Positions 51,718-64,000 of a DNA stretch of 64,000 nucleotides are shown here, piece by piece. A program made the position numbers and the translations under genes. The DNA is from Marsupella aquatica. Its lineage: Eukaryota > Plantae > Marchantiophyta. The notes under the pieces are model-generated. The model did not search any database and was not told the DNA's origin. It saw nothing but the letters and a program-made list of their open reading frames with translations. The stretch covers positions 18,925,111-18,989,110 of the forward strand of contig OZ316897.1 in assembly GCA_973895155.1 (NCBI GenBank). Reading direction: 5' to 3'. Position 1 is the first letter of the stretch. Each line of letters opens with the position of its first letter.

Positions 51718-52667
51718 AGGACTTCGAAACTCTGCTCGTTCTGCTACAATCAACTAATTTACTTATGAAAGGTAGTAAATGAGGTATTTCTTTACTTTTG
51801 TATTGTTAACTATTTAATTTACTCCCTTCGTTTTATAAAACTTCAATTGGTCAAAACAATAAAAACATGCATAATTTGGATCTCACATGGTTCCTACTGT
51901 TTTATGTAAGTGAACCCCCCTTTCCTCACTCATACTCTTCCTACCCATCAAGTGCAAATTAGTGTAGGGTTTTTTGGGGGTTTAGTGGAAGAACCTTTGG
52001 GGTTTTTTTATCCCAATTTTAGCATAATAGAAAGATAGATCTTTAAAACTAAGTTCTGGAGCCCAGAAAGGCATGGCTGTGTGGTAGCTCAAATGTTGTA
52101 AGTGACTGTACCCTCTTTGTGCGATTTAGTTCACAGATTTTTCCTTTAAAAATACAAGAAACAAACAAACGAAGTTCTGGAATATTCCAAAAAGATAGGG
52201 GTAAAATTCGTTCATAAAACCTTTTTTCCTCATTTTTGAGCTTGTTAATTATCCATAAACATTGCATGTGACATAGGAGGGCCCTGGGATAGCAGTGAAG
52301 GGCGTTGATCAGTTTTGGTACATAAACCATCATTGGTCTAACAATTGTATGTATTCACCGCTTGAAAAGATTATGCAGTACAGCAGAAGACTCTGATCCT
52401 TATCTAACATGTGACAAGTGTGGTGAAGCCTAGACTCTGATCCTTATCTAACATGTGACAAGTGTACTACGGATGATACAGCTAGCTGTATTATGTCCTT
52501 GTACCAAGAAGCATAGGAAAGGACATGTGGGCAAATTTTTGGAAGACTTGATGTCAAAAATGGTGGAACAGAGCTTGTATAGTTAGTTGTGTGGTTTTCT
52601 GAAGCAAAAGCAACCTCACCCCAAAGCTGGTAATTGCTGCATGAATTTCCGGATCTTTTGTGAACTA

Positions 52668-53112
52668 AGTTCTGGTAAGACTCCAGATTCCATAATGGGT
52701 TAAACTAAATATACGGAAAGATTCCAGATTCCATAATGGGTCAAACTCAATGTACAATATGTGTTTACAATATATCCGTTCTGGTAAGATTTCAGATTCC
52801 ATAATTGGTCAAAGTGAGTGTACAATATGTGTCTACAATATATCCATTCTGGTAAAATTTCAGATTCCATAATGGGTCAAACTGAATGTACAATGTGTGT
52901 TCACAAGTTCTACTAAGATTTCAGATTCCATAATGGGTCAAACTAAGTGTACAATATATATGTGTTTACAATATATCCATTCTGGTAAAATTTCAGATTC
53001 CATAATGGTTTAAACTAAATGTACAATATGTGTTTACAATACATCCCTTCTGGTAAGATTCCAGATTCCATAATAGGTCAAACGAAATGTAAAATATGGG
53101 TTTACAATATAT
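52668..53112. repeat. Minisatellite, unit ~60-67 bp (ttctggtaagattccagattccataatgggtcaaact.aatgtacaatatgtgtttacaatatatcc), about 7 copies
   Basis: 'cagattccataat' recurs at about 52684, 52724, 52793, 52861, 52922, 52994 and 53062. Confidence 0.92.
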
Positions 53113-53739
53113 GTTAACTACCAAGACAAAAAGACACTGCGTTTCAGATGATGCAAATGCACCAATTAACAGCCCAAGAACAACACATCCTACAGGTATT
53201 AAGGAAATCATAATACAACTCGACCTACTTTTGATGTAACTCATCCATGCTTCTGAAACTGTGCAAATTAAGGATGATAACGTAACTTGGTCAGACTGAA
53301 AACTCAAGCCCACCAAAGGGCAAAGCAAGTCAGACCTTCCTATCCTATGAGAATCAAGACAATGACAATTGCTAGCCCAATTAGTTTCACTGAGAAGTTC
53401 TGTAACCGGATCTTTCTACGCTCTACGCAGCTGCCTGCCCTGTCGCTGGAAAGTATTGGCCTACACATTCCAGGAGGCAATGTCAGTGAATACTTCTTCA
53501 GTAGAAGCGGTGCTTCGAAAGGAGAAAACCTCTGAAACTTGAGATTTGATCAATGCAATTCGCATTATTTTGAGCCTTGATCTACGCAGAATCGACGCAA
53601 ATTTGCATATGCTCCATAAGTTTGGAAGAGGACAATAATCAGGAAGACAGGAACAGATTTTTTCAGCGACAATAGGTACACAGATCCATCACTCGTAATC
53701 ACCTTTTTCAGCACTGTCGGTGGGCGTGCACTCAGGGGC

Positions 53740-55300
53740 AGGGCCCATCCCACCCCCATTTGCAGGGGAGGTCAAACGATCGCCCAACGATGCCACACTT
53801 CCTCCCAGGTCGCATTGGTGAAACGATCACCCCCATTTGCAGGGGATGCCACAACTTCCTCCCAGCTCGCGCCCCCATTTGCAGGGGGTGCGACAACTTC
53901 CTCCCAGCTCGCCCCCATTTGCAGGGGATGCGACAACTTCCTCCCAGCTTGCGCCCCCATTTGCAGGGGATGTGACAACTTCCTTCCTCGCAGCTCACCC
54001 CCCCCCATTTGCAGGGGATGAGAGAAAGTTGCCAAACATGCAGTTCTCGCCGAACATGAAGTCGTTCCAGGTGTCATTGCCTGCGCAATTGCTCACCTCA
54101 GATTCTCGCTGAACCTCTACTGCCTCTACTGCCCGCTGCATCTCGAATTCCTGAACTCGTTCAATCAATACTTGAACGAGGGTACTCAATTCCTGTATGG
54201 TTTGTTTTGTTCCGAGTATGAGGTTTATCTTTCTCGTAGCAGCTTCATCTGCGAGAGACTCCACAGTACATCTCCTAAATTGAGGAGGAACAATACACAG
54301 CAGCTTGTGTAAGGGTCCGATTCCGAAGTATTCTTTGAGTAACATAAGTTGCTCAGGATTTATAGTTTCGAATAAACAATCAATCTCACACTTGGTTTTG
54401 GAATATTTGCAAATAACACAGGGGTCCTAATCGAGAGCTAAAATTTGGACAGTCGAGGTGCAAAGAGAGAGCAAACAAGGTGCAGAGCGAGTATTGCTGT
54501 CGAGGTGCAAAGGCGAGACGAGTTGTAGAGGCTGCAAAGCGAGAGTGCTCTCGAGGCACAAAGCGAGAGCAGATGAGGTGCAGAGACTATAGAGCAAGAA
54601 TGTTGTCGAGGCGCAAAGAGAGACAAGCCGAGGTGGAGAGACAGAAGAAGCTGACACAGAAATACACATCCCATACTCGGGAACACTAAGCACCTCCCCA
54701 CTCCCCAGCACGTTGAGAATAACGTTGTAGGATCCGTTAGTCTCCGAGGGGCTACTACAGAAATACAAATCAGCTTTGAGAGATTCGTTCTATAGGATCT
54801 GTTAGGCTCAGCTGGTTCCCCACCGTCTGTCTCTTTGGAATGGTCGATCTCTCGTCTCCTCCTCTAGCAGCTCTTCAGAATACCTCTCTGCAGATTAGCG
54901 GTGAAGTAATGCAGAATATACCGAGCTACAGACTAGCAGTGAAGGGGGCTTTGAGTTTTCATGAGTGAGAAAGAGAGAGTATAGTTGTAGTCATCAGTCG
55001 AAGGCGGTGAAGAGGCTTGAGTTCGTGCTCCCGAGTGAGTTTTCTTACCACCATTGTTCGGACTCGTAAATGCGCATCGCATGGGCTGGATCTGTCCGTG
55101 AGGGATTGAATGAATGAGAGATCGAATCTGTTTGGTTTTGCGTTTGGGAGTTTTCGAAGAGAGTGCTGTTTGCAGCGTTAGTGGCGATTCCATAAATTTT
55201 GGTGGGATGAATTGAGCGTACAAATTTATGTGTATCCATCAAGATGCGATTGAGCTCTGGCACCGACGGCTCAGCCACATAAATTATCAAATGGTAACAA
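53740..55300 (-). mobile_element. Unclassified dispersed repeat / non-autonomous element; rearranged copies at 60250-62517
   Basis: 53790-54900 is homologous in both orientations to 60250-62260. A short ORF 'MLLKEYFGIG.L.KLLCI..PQFR.CTV…LGTKQT.QELSTLVQV' is present in two copies (54345 minus, 60548 plus). Limits are approximate. Confidence 0.6.
53750..54020. repeat. Tandem array of ~37-39 bp units built on the hairpin core CCCCC-ATTTGCA-GGGG (6 cores)
   Basis: Cores at about 53753, 53830, 53872, 53912, 53954 and 54002. Confidence 0.9.
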
Positions 55301-55987
55301 CCAATATTCTATTGCTACGATAGAACAAGGCGCAGGGCGCCATATAAGTAGGGAACGATGGATCCCTGGAAGAGGAAGAGATCAATGGACATAACGTAGT
55401 GACCTAGAACTAACAGCCTAGATGGCTACCGCATATCACGCATACTGGGCAACGTGATGTAAGGCAAGTAACGGTGATCAATAAAGATCACACTAGTGTC
55501 GTAGCCAGTCGCTTCTACACTACTTACGAGTAATAACTTCCAACAGTTTACACTCTCGAACTTTGCTTCGTGTGCAGGTAGATCCTGGCTTCTGTGTTTG
55601 AAAGAAGACATACGTTCATAGCGTTGGATTCCTCTGCGTCGAACCCTTTTGGGATAATTGTACGACTCTGGATTTGGTCAGACGACTGACAGCCGCTCTT
55701 GCTGATTAGCTGGAATGGACTGTCCCGGACCTACGGACAGGGGCGAACAGGCATAATCTTACTAGAAAGGGGCCCTTTCGAATTTCCCCGAGGACGGGCG
55801 GCTTGGACGTCTAGGCAAACTAATGAATCGGCTGTTTGGGGCTGGTGTGTAAGGACAGCGGAGGCTTGATTGAGAAGTACGCCAGTGGCGATGGAACGGC
55901 ATTGTTGACCCAGTAAGTAAGTCGGAGCATTTGGAGCTGCGTTTCAGAGAAGACTGCCCACGTCACAGGTGAAGGTGTTTGGAGACC

Positions 55988-58900
55988 ATGGGCGGTCCGG
56001 CACCAGGATCGTGTGTGACGGTGCTGCTGGTCGTCATCGTTGCTGTGGCACTCGCGGGTGGAGCTGCTCAAGCACCTTGTGAGCCCCTCTTACCTCTTAC
56101 GTAACTCTAACAAGCACTTAAGAAGCTGAGAGAGATAAGAATAAGATTTGGATTGGATTGCTGTTGGTTTATGCTGAGAAAATGAATGGAGTTTGATATC
56201 TCTTCTCAAATAAGAAAATTAAAAAATGAGAAATGGAAGAAGAAGGATCAACCAGCTGAAGAATTGTCAATGAAATGTTCTTCTGGCTCTGGCAGCCCCC
56301 ATCGCAGTGCGCATCAGCTGCGGGTCTTCTGTAGACTACACGACGACTGAGCACTGATGGAGCAAGGATCATGGGTGTTCGGGAGGGAGTGTGGGCAACC
56401 TGACTACGGAGCTGGCAACGCAATCGGGGTTTGCGAATCTGCGGGTATTTTTCGAGTGCTGATGGGCCAAACAATTGCTACAACATTTCTGTGCCCGGTG
56501 GACACTACCTCATCAGATTCTTTTTCGGCTACGGGCAAGCGGACAATGGTGACCGGGAACCGCAGTTTGACGTTTCCTTAGAGGGCACAGTAGGTTTCGC
56601 CCTTAAGCCCGGATGGAGCAGCAGGGATGACACCAGGTATGCCGATCCCTTGGTATACATCGATGACGAGGCAGCTATGGCCTGCTTCCACAGCACAGGT
56701 CACGGGGACCCAGCTGTGGTTACTCTCGAGATAATGCAATTGTATGAGAATGCGTATGACCAAGGATATGGGCCTCAAAACCAAAGTTTCTTCTCATTGC
56801 GACTGCCAGAGTGAGCTGTGGTGCACTAAAATCTGCTTCCGGAACCTCCTTGGGGGCTGATCCCTGGGGTGGAGATCGTTATTGGTCGAAGGATGATTAC
56901 ATATATCAGGGAATAGGTGTTTCCTCTGTGGAGACATCTGAGCGCATAAGGAACACCAATGTTCCCCCAAATTTCTACCCAGAGGCTATTTATCAAGGTG
57001 CGACTATCACCACGAGGAATGGAACTGTTTCTGATGCCTTTAACATTGAGCCGAGTCAAAACTACTCAATATGGTTACACTTCGCCGAGATTGGAGCTCT
57101 GGTGACAGGTGCTGGCCAGAGGATTTTCAATGTTCTGTACAACGAACAAAGTCTCTTTGATAATGTAGATACTTGGGCTCTGGCGGGAGGTGCCAATGCT
57201 GCTGTCGTCCTCAATCGAACTGTACTAGCAGATGGCAAGACTTTGACCCTTAGGTTTCAGCCGGTGACCGGTGATATCTTGGTCGGTGCAATTAAAGTCT
57301 ACCAGATCATGGAGCGCGAGTTACCCACGCAAAGTGACGAAGGTATTTACTTTATCAAAGCCTATGTTGTTGCCAGGTATGAATGTTTTTGCCTCTTGAA
57401 GAATGTAGATGAGCATGGTGTCTCTCTTCTTCAAAGCACAAGTCAAACCTTTCTAGGAGAATTTGAGTTAAATATCGATGAACCTCGTTGTACTGCCTGA
57501 TTGTGTGCCAATGGACTTTATACTTGACAGTCGCCAACGAAAAGAAGTGAATGCTTGGTTGGACTCTCACACTAATATCTCATTGAATCGAACTGAATTT
57601 TTTCTATGATTTTCTTCCTCGCACTTGTATTGTTACTTTGGCAATCATGAGTAGCGAAATTATCATTTGACTGGCATTGCCTTTACTTGGCGTGTGGCAG
57701 TATGGGCATTGCAGGCTTTAGACCGAACTTGGGCATTCCTGCACGTATGGGATGGATTGGTGATCCTTGTGTCCCCCAACAACATCCTTGGAATGGCATC
57801 GATTGCAGGGTTGACCGTGGTCAGCAGCTTTGGTTGAGCGATGGACTGTAAGTCTCCACAGCTTGCTTTCTTAGTCAAAATTTTGTCAGACGGTGTTAGT
57901 CCAACCATTGTCCATGACAGACAACTTCACAAACCTAACATTCCCAATGCACATTGAAGTCCGTGATCAACCACAAAGATCTAAGAATCTGAGATTACTT
58001 TTTGGAATCCTCGAATATTTGTCAAAATCAAGTATGTCAATTTATTCTTGGAGTGACGTTAAGTTGAAAGCTAATTTCGACTCTTGTATGGACCACAAAT
58101 CATCCAGGTTGCAGAGGGGGTGACCCCTTGCGTTATGCTTGCGTATAATTTGCCATTTATTTACTTTCTCTTGTTTGCTTGCTGTTCGGATGTACATATG
58201 AGTGTCTTAGATTAGAGTACGTTCAAAAGTCCAGATGACTGAGTTTGTTTTGACGTGTCTTGTCCAGTGTTCTTTCATGGATGGGATCCTTAAGTCTCCC
58301 CAGTTGGTTGTAATGGAACTTCAACTATGGTTGCCGTCTTAATCTAATTAACTTGTTACTTTGATTCTTCATGATCGATGCGGTGATTTTCTACTAGATG
58401 GCATCTAAATTGAATCATGTTCTTTAAGATACTTATTTTTGTTCCTCTCAAAACTCCTGCAGGGTTGCTGAACTCGAAGGTTTGAAGGGGGTGATGACCG
58501 ATGATTTTTCTTCACTTACTTGTATTGAGCATATGTAAGCTCTCCATTATTTCTTTGAGCTTGTGCTAAAATGGGGTTTGTCAAATGCAGAGATACCCAT
58601 CAACCGCACCAACGGTTCAATTATTCATTAGTTGTTCTTCCTGCTAATAGCAGCGCCTGCTACGACTTTGTACAATGAGGATTACTGAAGAACCTAGTAG
58701 CTCACATACTTTTTGTAGGTTTTTTGGGCTCTCTGTACCAGCGATCCAAAATGTCACCTCTAGAAAATAATAGGGTTCTGAGTCTGTTGCATGGCTAACC
58801 ATGCTGCTGTATCTGTTAGGTATCTGCATTTAAAACTTCTTCATTTTGTCCTATTTTTGTGTCCTTCACGACAGAATGTAGCATTAGAAATAGACGACTG

Positions 58901-60014
58901 AAGGTTTTGTAAACAAATACCCAATGGGGGAACGAGATCGTAGAGTCGAGAGCTAATAAAGAACTTCTGCAGCAAACGATCTAGTTCCCATACGAAGGGG
59001 AGAGTATCTTCCATACCAGGGAGTTGACGAGGTCGTATTAGGGAGCACATACGTTTTAACTTGTGCTTTGCGCCCGAGTATCTTTTCCAAACTTTAGAAA
59101 CTTTAGAACGTAGCATTTAAAAATGGAGCGCATTGTCTTAATTGTCTCTTAACGATAAGAATTGAGAGTGATAGTTATCAGTAATGCGAAACGTTTAGTT
59201 ACGGTCCAATTTGTTGTTGCAGAATTATGAAGAACAACTTTCTCCAAGGCCCAATACCTGCCTCCCTCGGCAATCTTACCAGTCGCACCATTCTGTAAGC
59301 ACCCAACGGCCATTCAGCTTACTGAAATTTCACTTTCGAGGAAATGGTGATGAATTAAGATTGGCATACTTGCGAGCTGGATAAGATATTTACTTATCGA
59401 GTTTGGAGAATTGCTACCGAATGAAACGATCAAGTCTGTAATCGTAGACAAAGGGTTGAGAACATGATTTGGATCAGCTGTTTCCCAAGAGAAAGGGTTG
59501 AGAACATGATTTGGATCAGCTGTTTCCCAAGATCTCTGCATAGTGTTTTTCATTTTGCGTCCTGTGGAGATTTAGACTTCCAGCCACATTTCATGTAGCT
59601 TGTGGAATGACCTATGGTTGCGTGTCTTACTGTTTTTTGTTGCACACGCAGTGATCTTTCCAACAATCAATTGAACGGCTCAATCCTAGAAAGTCTTGGA
59701 ACCCTACCCGAGCTTACGGAATTGTAAGCGGTGATAGCCGTCTTTTGTTCAACGCACTTTGAAGATCTTTGACCTTCACCTAATCTAGACTTAGGATTTG
59801 ATCATATATATCTGAACGCTCTTGTAACTATTGAATCTTTTGGTCAGTTACAGATAAAATGAGTTCATGCCTACATGAGACTATAATAGACAAAGGTTCC
59901 TGTGGACCTTATTCTTTAGTGGCTTTTTGGTGTTTTCAGATATCCGAACAATAATCAACTAATTGGAAGAGTTCCTGCTCTTGCTGCTGGGCTGGTGCGG
60001 GGAGTAAGCGTCAA
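55988..60014 (+). pseudogene. Malectin-like domain plus LRR receptor-like protein (RLP4-like), disabled and 3'-truncated
   Basis: Signal-peptide exon at 55988-56078. Malectin-like motifs 'VRISCG', 'GGHYLIRFFFG', 'DPWGGDRYW' and 'YSIWLHFAEI'. LRR exons of ~72 bp at ~58462, 59223, 59652 and 59940. There is a stop at ~56356, frameshifts at ~56400 and ~56800, and a repeat insertion begins at ~60250. Confidence 0.85.
59449..59533. repeat. Perfect ~41-bp tandem duplication in an intron
   Basis: 'aaagggttgagaacatgatttggatcagctgtttcccaaga' occurs twice. Confidence 0.9.
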
Positions 60015-60737
60015 GTATGGCCTACATCCCTACTCGTCGCAATCATGGAATTTCGAGTTCTTCTTTGGGCATGCTTTGGATATCTTGACATTCCTACTTT
60101 AACCCTCTAACTTATCCTGGATGAAGCTGGACACCCGATGGTGCTTTTTGTTCCCTGTTCTACTTGGCCTCTCCCCCTAATTTCTCCTATTTGGGACCTG
60201 GACATGGTAAGTTGTGCGCATCCTTAGTCAGGCTACCAATAGAAAGAAGGATTTTGTCATGAAGTCTTCTTTCTCTTTGCGACTCGACATTATTCTCGCT
60301 TTGTAGCCTTTGCACCTTGTCTGCTCTTGCTTTACGTCTCGAGAATATTCTTGCTCTGTAGCCTTTGTAATTCGTTTCGCTTTGTGCCTTGACAGCAATA
60401 TTCATACTGCACCTTGTCTGCTCTCTCTTTGCACCTCGATTGTCCAAATTTTAGCTCTCAATGAAGACTCCTTGTGTTATTTACAAGTATTCCAAAATCA
60501 AGTGTGAGATTGAGTGTTTATTCGAAACAATAAATCGTGAGCAATTTATGTTACTCAAAGAATACTTCGGAATCGGATGTTTACGTAAGTTGCTCTGTAT
60601 CATTTATCCTCAATTTCGAAAGTGTACTGTAAAGTTTCTCACAAATGAAATTGTCACCAGAAAAGCACATCCAATACTCGGAACGAAACAGACAGTCCAA
60701 GAGTTGAGTACCCTCGTTCAAGTTGAGAAAAAAGTTC

Positions 60738-62256
60738 AGGAATTCAAGATGCAACGGGCATTAGAGGTTTAGCAAGAATCTGAGGCGAGCAATTGTGCAG
60801 GCAATGGCACCTGGAACAAGTGCATGTTTGGCATCATTCTCGCCTCCCCACGAAATGGGGGGCGAGTTGGGAGCACTTTGGCCTCCCCTGCAAATGGTGG
60901 CGATCATTTTGCCAATGCAACCTGGGAAGAGTATTTGATAAATTGAGGAGGAACACTACAGAGTAGCTTGCTCAAGCGACCAATTTCAAAGTATTTCCTG
61001 AATAAGAATAAATTGTTCATGATTTACCGTCTGGAATAAATAATTGATTTTACATTTGATTTTCGAATGTTTACAAGTAACACAAAGAGTTCTCATGGCG
61101 CAAAGAGAGAAGACGAGGTCACCAAGAGAGAAAACGAGGTGCAGAGTGAACACTTGAGACGTAACGAGAGAAGACCCAAAGAGAGAAGACAAGGTGCAGA
61201 GTGGACACTCGAGACACAAAGCGAGAAAATGAGGTCGCAAAGAGAGAAGAAGACGAGGTGCAGCGACAGAAGAAGTTGACACAGAAATATACATCCTATA
61301 CTCGGGAACCAAACATTACGAAGCATATTCCCATTCCCAGCACGTTGGAAGATTTCTACATGACTGATAATAACATTGTAGGATCCATTATTGTCTCCGA
61401 GGGGTTACCACTATCCCACTATGAGTACCGCTAATTTGTACAGAGGTATTTTGAAGCGCTGCTAGAGGAGGAGACGAGAGGTCGACCATTCCAAAGAGAC
61501 AGACGGTGGGGAACCAGTTGAGCCTTGGACACAACGGATCCTATAGAATGAATCTCTCTGAGCTGATTTGTATTTCTGTAGTAGCCCCTCAGAGACAATA
61601 ACGGATCCTACAATGTTATTATCAATCATGTAAAAATCTCCTAACGTGCTGGGAGTGGGGATGTGTTTCGTAATGTTTGGTTCTCGAGTATGGGATGTAT
61701 ATTTTTGTGTCAGCTTCTTCTGTCGTTGCACCTCGTCTTCTCTCTTTGCGACCTCGTCTTCTCTCTTTGCGACCTCGTCTTCTCGCTTTGCGCCTCGAGT
61801 GTCCACTCTACACCTTGTCTTCTCTCTTTGGATCTTCTTTTGTTGCGTCTCAAGTGTCCACTCTGCACCTCGTTTTCTCTCTTGGTGACCTCGTTTTCTC
61901 TCTTTGCGCCATGAGAACCCCTTGTGTTACTTGCAAACATTCGAAAATCAATTGTTTATTCCAGATGGTAAATCATGAATAATTTATCTTACTTAGGGAA
62001 TACTTTGGAATTGGTCGCTTGCGCAAGCTACTCTGTAGAGTTCCTCCTCAGTTTATCAAATACTCTTCCCAGGTTGCATTGGCAAAACGATCGCCGCCAT
62101 TTGCAAGGGAGGCCAACTACTCCCAACTTGCCCCCCATTTCGTGGGGAGGCGAGAATGATGCCAAACATGCACTCGTTCCAGGTGTCATTGCCTGCACAA
62201 TTGCTCACCTCAGATTCTTGCTAAACCTCTAATGCCCGTTGCATCTTGAATTCCTG
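60738..62256. repeat. Long inverted repeat: arms ~60738-61408 and ~61581-62256, spacer ~170 bp
   Basis: The arms are reverse complements along their length (for example gaattcaagatgcaacgggcattagaggtttagcaagaatctgagg versus cctcagattcttgctaaacctctaatgcccgttgcatcttgaattc). Symmetry resumes at 62474-62517 versus 60695-60738 after a ~215-bp insert. Confidence 0.9.
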
Positions 62257-62519
62257 CATAATCCGTTTTTAACCAAAGCGGTTTGCTAGGGGCAAAACCA
62301 CAACAAACACGGCTGATGATAAAATACCAGCCGGAGACACGTGGATTATCTCAGGCAACAGCCCGAGAATCGGCAAAATGAAAAACCAGTAAACATTCAT
62401 TTTATATTACGTTTTACTCACGGGTTCTTGAGATCCGCGCGATGGGGGGCAGCTTGCGTTACCCCTGAGATTTAACTTTTTTCTCAAGACTTGAACGAGG
62501 GTACTCAACTCTTGGACCC

Positions 62520-64000
62520 TCGGAGTACATGGCTACTTTAGGTTGATGAAGCTTATAGGCTGGAATGGATACAATACAGTCTGTAGCAAGTGTCCACCCA
62601 CTTACAGGTCATATTTGAGTGAGAACAGTAAACAACATTACCTGAGTAAAATTTGCTTAAACATCAAGGTCCATCTGGGCTTCATCTTCTTGTGGGAGAG
62701 GTTTCTAAATTTGGAAATCCCTCTCTAGGAGGTATTTGCTTGGTCAATCCCCAAAATGAAATTTGTTACTTGATCGACCTCTTGAGTTCTATCAACGGTC
62801 CAAATCTGAGATCGAAAGGTCCATCAACGGTCCAGACTGGTGAAAAGCATGGAGGGGGTTGATTAAACCACACCTGCCACTATAAAAACCTCATTTCATG
62901 TCTCACTACATACCAGGCCCGTGACCAAAGGGGTTTGGTCACAAAAGCTGAACTTTGTATATATATTATGATGACCATTTCTTTGACACCAATTTGTGTG
63001 TATTACAATGGTAAGAGCATGTCACTTGGGAGGACAAGGTCTTGTGTTCAAAACTTGTTGCCAGGTGTGGACAGTTTTGCTCGGGCAGGCGCTCGGGCAG
63101 CATCGGGCAGGCGCTTAGGCAGGGTCGGGCAGGCGTTCGGGCAGAGGCAAGGACAAGTGTATAGGTGTCACGACAAGTGCCCAACATGCATTCGAGGATG
63201 GCAGATGCTCAACAAGTGGCAGCTTGCGAGCGGTCGCCTCGTGCACCTCCCGGGTCTCGCGAGAAGAACCCTCTCTATATAAGGAGGGACTTTCACTTCC
63301 ACAAGTCATTCCAATCTTTCTTCTTATTCGTTTCTTTCTTTCCTCCTCATTCGTTCTCATTTCTCCTTTTTTCCATTTTTTTGCCAAAGCGATCTCCAAG
63401 GCATTAGTTGGGGCATGCGGCACCATAGGTGTTGCTTGCAACCCACCTTTTTCTTAGGTGGTCGTGGAGGGACGCGCTCGGCCAATAGGGTCGTTCATAG
63501 ATAGTTTGTGGGACGGCAAGAGTGTAAGGGAGAGAAACTTTAGTCGGTGGTAGCGACGACATAGTCGTTGTTACAAATCCGTCTTTTGCTTTTTTACCTA
63601 AGCAGTTTTGTCCTCTTTTTCTTTTAGGGAATTTCTTTATTTTGAGAGTTTAGCAATGGGGGTGAAAGAGGTTGCCGAGATGTGTGAGACAGTGATCACA
63701 TTCGCCAAACGGGATGATAGATTTTCTGCAACAACACGCATTGAGATGGAGAGAGTGGTACGTGCATTGGAGGCTATGGCTCATATGGAGACACATCCAC
63801 CAATGACTGTTGCCTCGGTTGCTTCATCCTCAAAGCAAGTGCCTACACCTTTCAGTGCACCAAAGCGGCCTCGAAGGAATGAGCCCACTTTGGCAGTAGA
63901 TGGAGAATTTTGTTCGGGAGGAAGAAAGCAAGCACTACTTGATCGAGCACGACTGTGCGTGCACCTGTTGGAGTGGTTTGAGAAGATTCCTGGTAATACT
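62520..64000 (+). mobile_element. Probable 5' end of another transposon; ORF from ATG ~63656 (MGVKEVAEMCETV…) runs off the window
   Basis: It begins abruptly where the inverted-repeat arm stops. It contains repeated 'atcaacggtcca', a 'cgggcaggc' repeat, a TATA-like 'ctatataagg' and an open frame to the window edge. The family was not identified. Confidence 0.35.

Noticed and set aside
52668-53112. CRISPR-like periodicity of ~65 bp
   Set aside because: The whole unit is repeated, so it is a plain minisatellite.
53750-54020. CRISPR-like array of palindromic repeats
   Set aside because: The intervening sequences are themselves near-identical rather than unique spacers, there are no cas genes, and the context is eukaryotic.

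Overview
This is eukaryotic nuclear DNA from a land plant, as shown by GT-AG introns, an LRR receptor kinase and a plant Ty1/copia element. A non-seed plant is plausible but not provable from the sequence. From left to right the window holds: (1) a tandem duplication of an intronless NmrA/isoflavone-reductase(PCBER)-like gene, with an unannotated spliced minus-strand gene between the copies; copy 2 has a 1-bp deletion and a MITE upstream; (2) a decayed DNA transposon of about 15 kb (~14.0-28.8 kb) with a Sola/DUF7869-like DDD transposase and, divergently, an intron-containing gene for a ParB-like domain fused to a prokaryote-type beta-class N4C/N6A DNA methyltransferase; the element also has a C-rich tandem array and a recurring 14-16 bp palindrome, and a young Bianca-like copia element interrupts the transposase; (3) a hAT MITE and an intact LRR-RLK gene; (4) a long multi-exon coiled-coil gene on the minus strand; (5) a malectin-LRR (RLP4-like) pseudogene among satellites and a rearranged repeat family that forms a ~1.5-kb inverted repeat. 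The most interesting candidate system is the transposon-borne ParB-amino-methyltransferase. All family assignments come from motif recognition by eye; no database search was run.
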